The position numbers were made by a program, and so were the translations under genes. Positions 1 through 8,658 of a stretch of 34,363 nucleotides of DNA are shown in pieces; within the stretch, counting starts at the first letter, position 1, and every line of letters begins with the position of its first letter. The notes beneath the pieces were generated by a model. That model was not told the origin of the DNA. It searched no databases and worked only from the letters and a program-made list of their open reading frames with translations. The DNA lies in contig DLMY01000015.1 in the NCBI GenBank assembly GCA_002478275.1, positions 1-34,363 of the forward strand, read 5' to 3'. Source of the stretch: Actinobacteria bacterium UBA7524. GTDB taxonomy: Bacteria; Actinomycetota; Coriobacteriia; Anaerosomatales; UBA912.

Positions 1-1136
1 GGAACCATCACGGGTACCGGCTCGGGTGTTGGCTCTGGCTCGGGTGCGGATCCGGGTGGAGATTCAACGGTGCGGGTTTCCTCGGAATCTGAATCGAGAT
101 CAGCCACCAAGGCATCGATCCAGGCATCTTCGGACGGAACCGCCTCGGCCGACGTTATGCCGATGGATGCTTCAAGTACATCTGCGATACGTCCTGCCAC
201 AGCTTCGGCCACCGCTTCAACGGTCTGCGCCGTCACCTCCGGCGCGATGACAGGTACACCGAACGGCTGTTGGGGATATGGCACGCCGTAAGGTTGCTGT
301 GGATAGGGAGCCCCGTAGAATTGGGCAGGATATGGCGTGCCGTAGGGCGGGACGGGATAGGGCGCGCCGTAGGGNNNNNNNNNNNNNNNNNNNNNNNNNN
401 NNNNNNNNNNNNNNNNNNNNNNNNNNNNNNNNNNNNNNNNNNNNNNNNNNNNNNNNNNNNNNNNNNNNNNNNNNNNNNNNNNNNNNNNNNNNNNNNNNAC
501 GGGATAGGGCGCGCCGTAGGGCTGCTCGGGGCAGGGAGCCGCGTACGGCGGAACGGGATAGGGCGCGCCGTAGGGCTGCTGTGGCTGACCCTGCGGATCC
601 GGCTGAGCCTGCGGTTGCTCCGCGACCTGCCGTACACCCGGGCCGGCCTCCGCCGCAGAGGTACGTGCGCCACTCGATACGGTGGGAACATATCTCTCAC
701 CCGGCATCTCGGTCCGCTCCGAGGGCCTCGGTGCCCCTTCGATCGAAGCCACCACCCGCGGCGTGGCATCAGCCCTCCCGCCGGCGGACCTGTCCGTCGG
801 ACGAACGAGAAGCGCCGGGTCGTCGATCAGACTGTCCCAGTAGTCCGTGGCACTCTCGCCCGATTCAGCATCCGGTTCGGGTTGCCATGAACCGGTCCTG
901 ATCGGCTCTTCGAGCACCGCTGCGATACCACCGGCAGGCTCATCGAAGAACGACGCGACATCATCGCCCGGGCCACTGACCCTCGGAGCCGGCATCAGTG
1001 CCGGCCACTGTCCTGACGCAGGTGCGGGAGGCTCTGGCGATCCCTTGCGCGATCTGACAAGAACCACTATCAGGACAATCAGCGAGAGTACGACGAGAGC
1101 GAAGGTACCGGCCAAGATATACAGCCGAGTATCCAT
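1..1136 (-). CDS. Membrane-anchored, Pro/acidic-rich low-complexity protein with 9-aa PYGAPYPxx repeats (3' end runs off the window; absent from the ORF track)
   Basis: Hand translation from ATG 1136 (GTG 1139 alternative), just after the GTPase stop: MDTRLYILAGTFALVVLSLIVLIVVLVRSRKG (single TM helix, then a basic stop-transfer)...QQPYGAPYPVPPYAAPCPEQPYGAPYP[gap]PYGAPYPVPPYGTPYPAQFYGAPYPQQPYGVPYPQQPFGVP...PEPEPTPEPVPVMV. No stop down to base 1, and the frame is kept across the N gap. Confidence 0.85.
   Translation of the reverse strand, partial: MDTRLYILAGTFALVVLSLIVLIVVLVRSRKGSPEPPAPASGQWPALMPAPRVSGPGDDVASFFDEPAGGIAAVLEEPIRTGSWQPEPDAESGESATDYWDSLIDDPALLVRPTDRSAGGRADATPRVVASIEGAPRPSERTEMPGERYVPTVSSGARTSAAEAGPGVRQVAEQPQAQPDPQGQPQQPYGAPYPVPPYAAPCPEQPYGAPYPXXXXXXXXXXXXXXXXXXXXXXXXXXXXXXXXXXXXXXXXXXPYGAPYPVPPYGTPYPAQFYGAPYPQQPYGVPYPQQPFGVPVIAPEVTAQTVEAVAEAVAGRIADVLEASIGITSAEAVPSEDAWIDALVADLDSDSEETRTVESPPGSAPEPEPTPEPVPVMV
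252..575 (-). repeat. Degenerate 27-bp coding tandem repeat (PYGAPYPxx), at least 7 units, interrupted by N gap 375-498
   Basis: ACGGGATAGGGCGCGCCGTAGGG occurs at 352-374, 499-521 and about 552-574, with further degenerate copies at 27-bp period. Confidence 0.85.
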
Positions 1137-1140
1137 CACC

Positions 1141-1668
1141 TTATCCCATACTCTCCAGGATCTCGTACAGGAGACCGAGCAATACGGCCTTGACCGAGTC
1201 CTTGTCACGAGCGTCGACAGGAAGAAGCGGGATGGAGTCTTCAAGACTCAGGGTCTCGCGCAAGCTCCTGATCTGATCGACATCATCTGCGGCGACCTTG
1301 TTGGCGGCCACCACGAACGGCACGTCAGACATCCCACGGAAGAACTCGATCATCGTCGTCGCGTCGACGAGGGAATCGGGATCGGTCGTATCCACAAGAA
1401 GAACGAATCCGAGCATCCCCTCTGACAGGGTCTCCCACATGAACGAGAAACGCTCCTGGCCGGGGGTGCCGAACAGGTAGAGCACCACATCATCGGAGAT
1501 GGTGATGCGACCGAAATCCATGGCGACCGTTGTCTCGCCGCTACCCTCGCCCGACACGTCCGAGACCTGACGTTCCGTGGACAGGACCGTTATCTCACTG
1601 ACCGCCTTGATGAAGGTGGTCTTGCCCGCATTGAATGGCCCGGTAACGACGACTTTCACTGACTGCAT
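1141..1668 (-). CDS. MglA/CvnD-like small GTPase (ATP/GTP-binding protein)
   Basis: G1 GPFNAGKTT, G2 TTVAMDFG, G3 GTPGQERF, G4-like ANKVA. The start MQSVKVVV at 1668 is preceded by GAGGAG. Confidence 0.92.
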   Translation of the reverse strand: MQSVKVVVTGPFNAGKTTFIKAVSEITVLSTERQVSDVSGEGSGETTVAMDFGRITISDDVVLYLFGTPGQERFSFMWETLSEGMLGFVLLVDTTDPDSLVDATTMIEFFRGMSDVPFVVAANKVAADDVDQIRSLRETLSLEDSIPLLPVDARDKDSVKAVLLGLLYEILESMG

Positions 1669-1687
1669 ACGATCGATCTTCTCCTCG

Positions 1688-3628
1688 TCACAAGTCCTCA
1701 ATGCCCTTGATGATCTTCATGAGCAGTTCCTTGTCGACCGTCTGGTCACGATGTAGCTCAAGCCCCTGCCCCGGTTCAGGGATCTTGTTCACGCTGGCTG
1801 CAGGTCTGCGCGCGCTTCCAGCTCCCGTCAGCGCGGACAATTCGGCACCCAGTCCGCCGGACAGTCCCGAGCTGAGTTCCTCGGGTGCGATATCGGCGAG
1901 GAACGCATCGGTCGATATGACTCCCCCGGACGACTGCTCTCCCGGTCCCTGGACTTCGTCATCAAGTGACTCCGTTTGGACGATCTCTGTACCTTCGTCC
2001 AGAGACTCGAGTATCTGCGTGAGATCCGCTGCCTCCGGCACATCCAGAGGCTCGACCGTCGGCGGCTCTACAGCATCGGCCGGCCCGGCTTCCGCACCCG
2101 CCAACGCCTCGATCTCAGCGATGGTCAGTTCGGCGGCATCGATCTCAGCGACAGGTTCTCGAGCTGCGTCCGTGCCTTCTGCGTCTTCCTCCATGACCGG
2201 GGCGACGGGAGGCTCCCCGCCGAGCATTTCGCTCAACGAACCCTCTCCCGAGTCCTGGGCTCCCAAAGGCTCGAGTAAGTCCTCTCCAGACAGCTCGCCC
2301 AGTCCCAGAGCCATAAGATCCCGCTCGAGATCTCCGGTGACCAACCCTTCATCAACCGCCTGGCCCACGTCCGGAACGTCTGGGGTCTCAGGCGAAGCCG
2401 ACTCCGGAGTGACCTCGGGCAGATCGAGAAGTGCAGGCGACTCAAGCTCCTCCGACATCGGGGCGTTCACCCCGACGTCGGGCTCGATGGCAGCCTCTGG
2501 CTCATGTTCTGGCTCGACCGAGACCTTGGGCTCAGGCTCCATTGCGGCTTCGGGCTCAACCGGTACCTCAAGCACCGCGCCCATCATCTCCTCGAACACG
2601 GCCATATCGTCGGCCGTGGCAGCGTGCGAATCTCCAGCAAGGAACTCGGGGACTTCGGGCTCGGCACGAGGGGTTGCCTGCCCCGGCTCGGCAGCGGGGG
2701 CTTGAGAAGCGATATCCGACACTGCCTCTTCGGGCGCTGGGGCCACCACAGCGTCTTCCTGGACGCGGGCGGCTGCTTGCTCAGCAAGAGCCGACTCTCG
2801 CTCTATGCTCTCTTGCGTTGCCTGCTGTTCAACGGCCGCCTGCTGCGCCCGGATGTCGGCGACTATCGCGTCACGTTCGACGCGCTCCGCTCTCAGCCGC
2901 TCGACCTCCTCGTCCGTCGCCACTTCCAGGAGGCCGGCCGAGAACAATCCGTACATGATCCGCGAGACCTCGAAGTCCGTTCTGTTGGTCTCCCGGGCCA
3001 GGTCGGACACGGATCTGGTCCCGTCAACGAGCAGAAGGAGATTCCATTCGATGGGCTTGAGAGATATCTCGAACGTACCTTCTCCGGGTGCGGTGGCCAT
3101 CTTGAAGACGATCTCCATCGACGGGATCTTCTTCTTGATCCGTGCCCACTCCTCGAGCCGCCTGCTGCCCTCCATCACGATGTTCTCGATGGATACGGAC
3201 AGGCCGATGTCTTCATGCACGACCTCAGGTAGTAGTTCGAAATCGAACTCCCCTTCGTCCCAGCGCATAAGGTCGAAGATAGTGTCCTGGATCTGCTCCT
3301 GAACGAATGTCTCGAGCACCTTGTCGGTGATGTACCCTTCGTCCACAAGGATCTGCCCGAGTCTGCGCCCATCCTTCTCCGAGGCGCTGATCTCAAGAGC
3401 ACGCGAAAGCGCACTCGGAGTTATCCGGTTCGCGCGAACCAAGCGCTCGCCAAGCGGTTCGCCATGCCAGTTCGACTGTGCGAAGAAGACGTCCCCATCC
3501 CGGAACCAGACCGACCCCTCGGCGTTGTCTGCCCGCACGATACGCAGAACCCCCGTCTTCTTGCTGAATGTCACCAGCTGGAAGACGTCGGGCAAACTGA
3601 AGTCTTTGAGGTTGCCGCGCAGCGCCAT
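1688..3628 (-). CDS. DUF4388 (PATAN-like) domain protein with an inserted MshEN-like motif, a probable winged-helix segment, a long acidic disordered region and a helical C-terminus
   Basis: N-terminal MALRGNLKDFSLPDVFQLV..KKTGVL..GSVWFRDG..WDEGEFDF..SIENIVMEGSRRLEEW is the DUF4388 pattern. EWNLLLLVDGTRSVSDLA..LFSAGLL looks like a winged helix. Roughly aa 265-600 are E/P/A/D-rich. Confidence 0.88.
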   Translation of the reverse strand: MALRGNLKDFSLPDVFQLVTFSKKTGVLRIVRADNAEGSVWFRDGDVFFAQSNWHGEPLGERLVRANRITPSALSRALEISASEKDGRRLGQILVDEGYITDKVLETFVQEQIQDTIFDLMRWDEGEFDFELLPEVVHEDIGLSVSIENIVMEGSRRLEEWARIKKKIPSMEIVFKMATAPGEGTFEISLKPIEWNLLLLVDGTRSVSDLARETNRTDFEVSRIMYGLFSAGLLEVATDEEVERLRAERVERDAIVADIRAQQAAVEQQATQESIERESALAEQAAARVQEDAVVAPAPEEAVSDIASQAPAAEPGQATPRAEPEVPEFLAGDSHAATADDMAVFEEMMGAVLEVPVEPEAAMEPEPKVSVEPEHEPEAAIEPDVGVNAPMSEELESPALLDLPEVTPESASPETPDVPDVGQAVDEGLVTGDLERDLMALGLGELSGEDLLEPLGAQDSGEGSLSEMLGGEPPVAPVMEEDAEGTDAAREPVAEIDAAELTIAEIEALAGAEAGPADAVEPPTVEPLDVPEAADLTQILESLDEGTEIVQTESLDDEVQGPGEQSSGGVISTDAFLADIAPEELSSGLSGGLGAELSALTGAGSARRPAASVNKIPEPGQGLELHRDQTVDKELLMKIIKGIEDL

Positions 3629-3673
3629 TGGCTACCTTCGCACCCTTCTCATCTCGCGTTGCCCACGAGATGT

Positions 3674-4279
3674 CTAGCCGAGAATCGCGGTGATGACCTC
3701 GGCGGAAGCTTTCATGTCGTACAGGACGAGACCAAGTTTGCTGCCGGGGCGCGCCAGTGTCGTCAGCACCGCCCGGTCACCGGCGGCGATGAGTACCACG
3801 TACCCGTCATCTCCTTCTATGAACACCTGGGTCAGGTGACCTCGTCCGAGTTCAGTGGCGGCCCGCTCACCAAGCCCCAGGATGGCTGCCGACATGGCAC
3901 CGACCCTGTCTTCCTGCATGCCCTCCGGCAGCGCAGAGGCCATCGTGAACCCGTCCATGCTCACCAGCGCTGCGGCCTGGATGTCTTGCGAGCTGTTCAT
4001 CAATTCATCAAGCGCGGAGACCAGCCGTTCCTCCCGCGTCGCCTGCCGAGCCGTGGCGACAGGTCTCCCTCCGGTGACCGGCGGGGCGACCGTCGGCTGC
4101 TGCGCAACGGGAAGTGGAGCAGGCGCAGGCTGTGTCGGCGAGACGGGCGCAGACGCCGGCGCTGCGGGTGCAGAGGCAGGAGCGACGACCACCGGAGCGG
4201 TGATCACGTCGTCATCCTCCTCGAGCAACTCGTCATCGACGTCGCTGATGAAGTAGTCGCCGATTCCTTTGTCAGCCAT
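3674..4279 (-). CDS. Roadblock/LC7 domain protein (MglB/CvnB-like) with an acidic and Pro/Ala-rich N-terminal extension
   Basis: C-terminal AAALVSMDGFTMASALP..DRVGAMSAAILGLGERAATELGRG.L.QVFIEG..GYV..KLGLVLYDMK is the Roadblock signature. ATG 4279 has a GGGAGGTG RBS. Confidence 0.92.
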   Translation of the reverse strand: MADKGIGDYFISDVDDELLEEDDDVITAPVVVAPASAPAAPASAPVSPTQPAPAPLPVAQQPTVAPPVTGGRPVATARQATREERLVSALDELMNSSQDIQAAALVSMDGFTMASALPEGMQEDRVGAMSAAILGLGERAATELGRGHLTQVFIEGDDGYVVLIAAGDRAVLTTLARPGSKLGLVLYDMKASAEVITAILG

Positions 4280-4382
4280 GCTGAATGACACCTCCCAAAC
4301 CAGCCCGACGGGGTATGTCAGCCCCCACGCGCCGATGCTCCTGCAGCACGAAGGCATCGCCAGACGTGCGAAGACAAGCCCC

Positions 4383-4411
4383 ATGATATGCGGACAGCCT
4401 TAGTCTCTCAC
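4383..4411 (-). promoter_or_regulatory. Putative sigma70-type promoter for the Roadblock/DUF4388/GTPase module
   Basis: GTGAGA-17 bp-TATCAT on the minus strand in the 193-bp gap between pilB and the Roadblock gene. Confidence 0.4.
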
Positions 4412-4472
4412 GAAGCAGGTTCGCAGAACAACCGCTAGCAGGGGTTTTTCGCACGGCGAGTGTACGGTGAAC

Positions 4473-6149
4473 TCAGGCGACGACGCGGAGTACCTCTTCG
4501 ATCGAGGTGATGCCGTCGAGCACCTTACGGAATCCATCCTCCCTGAGCGTCCGCATCCCCTCTGAGATCGCCTGACGCTTGATGTCATCGGCCGACGCAT
4601 TGTCCACAGTCATGCGCTCGATCGCCTCACTCATCACGAGCACCTCGAACAACCCCATCCGACCCTTGTACCCGATGTTGTTGCACTTCCTGCAGCCTTT
4701 AGGGCGATACAGTTTCGGGGGCTTGCCCTTCTCATAAGGGAAGCCGATGCGGTCAAGCGCGACCTCATCAGGGACGTACTGCTCCTTACAGGCCGTACAC
4801 AACCGCCGACCGAGACGTTGGGCGACTACAGCGGTGATCGCCGAAGCGGTAAGGAACGGCTCGATGCCCATTTCCGTGAGACGCGTGATGGCAGACGCAG
4901 CGTCGTTGGTGTGAAGGGTGGACAGAACGAGGTGACCGGTCAGGGCCGCTTCGATGGCGATCGTACCGGTCTCCTTATCGCGGATCTCACCGATCATGAC
5001 GGTGTCGGGGTCCTGACGCAGGATCGAGCGAAGCGCCGCGGCGAAAGTGAGCCCTGCACGCTCGTTCACCTGCACCTGACCGAGACCGTTGAGGCGATAC
5101 TCGACGGGATCCTCGACGGTGATCAGGTTGATCTTGGGGTCGTTGACTTCACCGATCGCAGCGTACAGGGTGGTGGTCTTACCGGAACCGGACGGCCCGG
5201 TGACCAGGATCGCACCGTATGGCAGGTGAAGCGCCTCGCGGAAGCGGTCGAGGTTACCGTCAAGAAACCCAAGGTCAGGCAGGGATATCTGTATCGAGTC
5301 CTTGCGCAGTAGACGGAGAACGGCGAGTTCGCCGTTCACGATCGGGAGCACCGCCACACGGAAATCGACACCTGCGCCGTCTAGAACGACGCCAAAGCGA
5401 CCGTCCTGCGGGAGGCGACGCTCGGAGATGTCCATGTTCCCCTGGATCTTGAGTCGGCTGATCAACTGCCGGTGCATACGCTTGGGATTCCGGAACACCT
5501 CGAGGCACACGCCGTCAACGCGGTAGCGTACGCGCATCTCGGTCTCGAACGGCTCGATGTAGATATCTCCCGCGCCCTGCCGGATGCCCTCGGTGACGAT
5601 GTTGTTCAGCAACTTGGCAACCGGCGCCGAGTCGTCCTCGATGTCTTCTTCCTCGACTTCCTCGGCTCCCGCAGAGACCGAGTCCTCGATGTCACCCACC
5701 ATCCCCGCCATGTCCTGCTGTGAAGCTGCGAAACGGTTGATTGCACTCAGTAGGTCGTTCTCTGCGGCGACCACAGGCCGTATCTCGAAACCGGTGACGA
5801 TCCGCAGGTCGTCGATGGCGAAGATGTTCGCAGGGTCGGACATAGCTACCACGAGTTCATCGTCTTGGATCTTCACAGGTAGCACTGTGTACCGGTGCGC
5901 CAGTTCCGAGGACAGGCTCGTGGCCGCGTTTGGGTCGATCTCATAGGAGTTCAGGTCGATGTATACCAGACCCATCTGATCTGCGACGGTCTGTGCGACC
6001 CTGGTGGAATCGGCGTACCCAAGCTCATCAAGAGCCGATGTCAGAGAACTCGCATCGGGAAGCGCTAGTGCCTCGTCGAGCTGCTCGATGGTGATCAGAC
6101 CCGATTGAACGAGGATCTTGCCGAGCCTCTTTCCGCTCGCAGCGCTCAC
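4473..6149 (-). CDS. pilB: Type IV pilus assembly ATPase PilB (GspE/PulE family)
   Basis: N-terminal RLGKILVQSGLIT (MshEN-like), Walker A GPSGSGKTT, Asp box TVEDPVE, Walker B LRQDPDTVMIGEIRD, His box TGHLVLSTLH, Zn motif CTAC..CRKC. The GTG start overlaps the aroE stop. Confidence 0.95.
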   Translation of the reverse strand: MSAASGKRLGKILVQSGLITIEQLDEALALPDASSLTSALDELGYADSTRVAQTVADQMGLVYIDLNSYEIDPNAATSLSSELAHRYTVLPVKIQDDELVVAMSDPANIFAIDDLRIVTGFEIRPVVAAENDLLSAINRFAASQQDMAGMVGDIEDSVSAGAEEVEEEDIEDDSAPVAKLLNNIVTEGIRQGAGDIYIEPFETEMRVRYRVDGVCLEVFRNPKRMHRQLISRLKIQGNMDISERRLPQDGRFGVVLDGAGVDFRVAVLPIVNGELAVLRLLRKDSIQISLPDLGFLDGNLDRFREALHLPYGAILVTGPSGSGKTTTLYAAIGEVNDPKINLITVEDPVEYRLNGLGQVQVNERAGLTFAAALRSILRQDPDTVMIGEIRDKETGTIAIEAALTGHLVLSTLHTNDAASAITRLTEMGIEPFLTASAITAVVAQRLGRRLCTACKEQYVPDEVALDRIGFPYEKGKPPKLYRPKGCRKCNNIGYKGRMGLFEVLVMSEAIERMTVDNASADDIKRQAISEGMRTLREDGFRKVLDGITSIEEVLRVVA

Positions 6150-7039
6150 TCTGGCACCTCGCTGTGATTCGCGTCCAGGGCGGCCTCTGCCGCACGTCTC
6201 ATCACGTCACGAGGTGTCCTGACCTGCGCGCTCTCACTCCAGATGTCTACCGCGAGCGCACCCTGATGCACCAGCATGCCGAGGCCGCTGACGGCCTTGG
6301 CGCCTACAGTGTGAGCGGCCTCCATAAGCGGCGTCGATGTCGCCCGGTAGATCATGTCACACACGACCTGATCCGGACCCAACCAGGCGGAGTTGACCGG
6401 CGAAGGATCATCAGGGGCCATCCCGAGAGGTGTCGCGTTGACGACGAGGTGTGAATCACGCACCACGTTCTCGGCACTCTCCAGGGCGACCACGTCAATG
6501 CGCGTGTTGCGCGCGTGTGGGCTCAATCGATCGGCCAGCTCCCTGCCACGCCCGACACTTCGGTTGACTATCGTGATCGTGTCGGCCTTGCCGAGAACGA
6601 AGCCGACCGCCGCCGCACCTGCAGCGCCGCCGGCACCGAGTATGGTCACCTTGCGGCCCTCAGGAGAGAATCCTGTTTCCTCGGCAAGTGCTTCGACGAG
6701 TCCGCGCCCATCGGTGTTATATCCGATGAGCTGCCCGTCTGTGCACACGACCGTGTTCACGGCACCCGCCATCTGGGCGAGCATCGCCACCTCGTCGCAC
6801 AGACTCAGCATGGCCTGCTTGAACGGCATGGTGACGTTGAATCCCACGAACGGCAGGACCCGTATGGCGTCCAGGACACGCCGAAGGTCGACCTCGTCCT
6901 CTACATGAAGCGGAACGTACACCCAGTCCAGTTCAAGCGCCTCGTAGACGGCGTTATGCATCGCGGGCGACAGCGTGTGGTCCAGGGGATGGCCGATCAC
7001 ACCGGCCAATCTCGTCCTTCCTCCGATTGGAATTCCCAA
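6146..7039 (-). CDS. aroE: Shikimate dehydrogenase
   Basis: GHPLDHTLSPAMHN, NVTMPFK, GAVNT, YNTDG, GAGGAA, NATPLGM, GLGMLVHQG motifs. Confidence 0.97.
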   Translation of the reverse strand: MGIPIGGRTRLAGVIGHPLDHTLSPAMHNAVYEALELDWVYVPLHVEDEVDLRRVLDAIRVLPFVGFNVTMPFKQAMLSLCDEVAMLAQMAGAVNTVVCTDGQLIGYNTDGRGLVEALAEETGFSPEGRKVTILGAGGAAGAAAVGFVLGKADTITIVNRSVGRGRELADRLSPHARNTRIDVVALESAENVVRDSHLVVNATPLGMAPDDPSPVNSAWLGPDQVVCDMIYRATSTPLMEAAHTVGAKAVSGLGMLVHQGALAVDIWSESAQVRTPRDVMRRAAEAALDANHSEVPE

Positions 7040-7075
7040 GTCACACTCCGATGCTCGTCGTATGCACCCTTCAGT

Positions 7076-7564
7076 CTAAGGCAGCGGCTGGCGACCCGCC
7101 AACAACCGCGCCTCGATACGGCGCAGGAACAGTGTGTGTGGAAGGTCTGTAGCGGACAGAGGTTCGACCAACACTGTCGTCATCCCCAGGAGGTTACCGC
7201 CCAGGATGTCGGTGAACATCTGATCGCCGACGACCGCGGCACGCGCACGCGTGGAACCCATCAGCGAAAGGGCGCGCAGAAAAGCGAACGGTAGCGGTTT
7301 GACTGCTTTCGCGACAAGAAGGAAACCGAGTTCATCGGCGACCGTCTTGACGCGAGCGTGCCAGTTGTTCGAGACAAGGCACGTCTTGAAGCCGCGATCG
7401 CGCAAGGTGGCCGCCCAATCCTTGAGGGTATCAGGGATGTCCTCGGAATCTCGCGGAAGTAACGTATTGTCCAGGTCCACGAGCAAGGTGTCGATGCCCT
7501 TTGCCACCAACCCGTCGAGGTCGATCGCGCGAACGTCGACGTGATAGAGGTCCGGCGAGAACAT
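7076..7564 (-). CDS. yqeG: YqeG family HAD subfamily IIIA phosphatase
   Basis: DLDNTL, VSNN, A.KP, GDQMFTDILGGN motifs. Confidence 0.93.
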   Translation of the reverse strand: MFSPDLYHVDVRAIDLDGLVAKGIDTLLVDLDNTLLPRDSEDIPDTLKDWAATLRDRGFKTCLVSNNWHARVKTVADELGFLLVAKAVKPLPFAFLRALSLMGSTRARAAVVGDQMFTDILGGNLLGMTTVLVEPLSATDLPHTLFLRRIEARLLAGRQPLP

Positions 7565-8658
7565 CAGCGGCCGAACACCTCCTTGGACTTGGCCTTGGCG
7601 ACGAGGAACTCCTCGAACGTCTCGGTGAACGTATGCGAGCCGTCCGGATCCGTCAGCACGTAGTAGATGTAGTTGGTGGACTGCGGCGCGACGGCCGCCT
7701 CGATCGACGCCAGCCCGGGATTGCAGATCGGTCCCGGGGTCAGACCCGCGTTGCGGTAGGTGTTGTAGGGACTGTCGATCTCCAGATCGGAGTTGCGAAG
7801 CCTGAACCTGGTGCCCGGGAGTACGTACTCGATGGTCGCGTCTATCTCGAGCCGCATGTTGCGCTCCAGACGGTTGTAGATGACCGAGGAGACCACCGGC
7901 CTCTCGGAAGCCACCCTCGTCTCGCGCTCGATGATCGATGCGATTATCACGATCTCCTCAAGCGACTTTCCCCGGACCTCTGCCGGTGAGAAATCGACTG
8001 TGGATATCTCACGCTCGAACTGGTTGAGCATCATCTCGATCACTTCGCGTGCCGTCGTGCCCTCTGGTATCCGGTAGGTCTTGGGGAACAGGTACCCCTC
8101 CAAAGAGCCTGCATACACCTCCGCGAGATACGGGTGATCGGAAACGAATCCGGCCGCACCGCCCTTGGCGAGCGCGAGGAACTCGACGGCAGGGATACCT
8201 GCCTGCTGCTCGAAGCGCTCGGCTATCTGTTCGAGAACGAACCCTTCCGGGATCGTGACGTTCGCGTACTCGATGGGAGGCCCCTCCCGCAGCAGTAAGA
8301 TGACCTCGTCGTAGTCCATGCCGGTCGTCAGATCGTATACGCCCGCCTTGAGCTGACCGTCCGCCTCCAGAGCCCGGGCGCGGACACGGAACATGTTCGG
8401 GTTTCTGACCACTCCGGCCTCTGCCAGCTTGGCGGCGATCTGGGCGGTCGACATGCCCTTGGCGATCTCAAGCTGCACGGGCGACCCGGCGCTGACCGGA
8501 TTCTCGGCACGCAACAGTAGCCACCACGTCCCGCCCCCCATGACCAGAAGGGCAAGAAGCAGGAATGCGGCTGCGCAGCCCAGCGCGAAACGCCACCGGG
8601 CTCCTTTGCGGCCTCGGCGACTGTTCATGCGGCCTTGCTGGATAGCGGGATCGCCCAT
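7564..8658 (-). CDS. mltG: Endolytic transglycosylase MltG (YceG)
   Basis: N-terminal TM, LEGYLFPKTY, IASIIERET, YNRL, SPYNTY..GLTPGPICNPG. Confidence 0.96.
   Translation of the reverse strand: MGDPAIQQGRMNSRRGRKGARWRFALGCAAAFLLLALLVMGGGTWWLLLRAENPVSAGSPVQLEIAKGMSTAQIAAKLAEAGVVRNPNMFRVRARALEADGQLKAGVYDLTTGMDYDEVILLLREGPPIEYANVTIPEGFVLEQIAERFEQQAGIPAVEFLALAKGGAAGFVSDHPYLAEVYAGSLEGYLFPKTYRIPEGTTAREVIEMMLNQFEREISTVDFSPAEVRGKSLEEIVIIASIIERETRVASERPVVSSVIYNRLERNMRLEIDATIEYVLPGTRFRLRNSDLEIDSPYNTYRNAGLTPGPICNPGLASIEAAVAPQSTNYIYYVLTDPDGSHTFTETFEEFLVAKAKSKEVFGR

Noticed and set aside
352..575. 23-nt repeats resembling a CRISPR array
   Set aside because: They are in-frame coding repeats with a 27-bp period, with no unique 30-40 nt spacers and no cas genes.
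4280..4472. c-di-GMP riboswitch or SigB-type promoter upstream of the GTPase module
   Set aside because: No GEMM-like GGCAAA..GAAA..GACGCAAAG pattern; the GGGTAT at 4311-4316 is on the non-coding strand.
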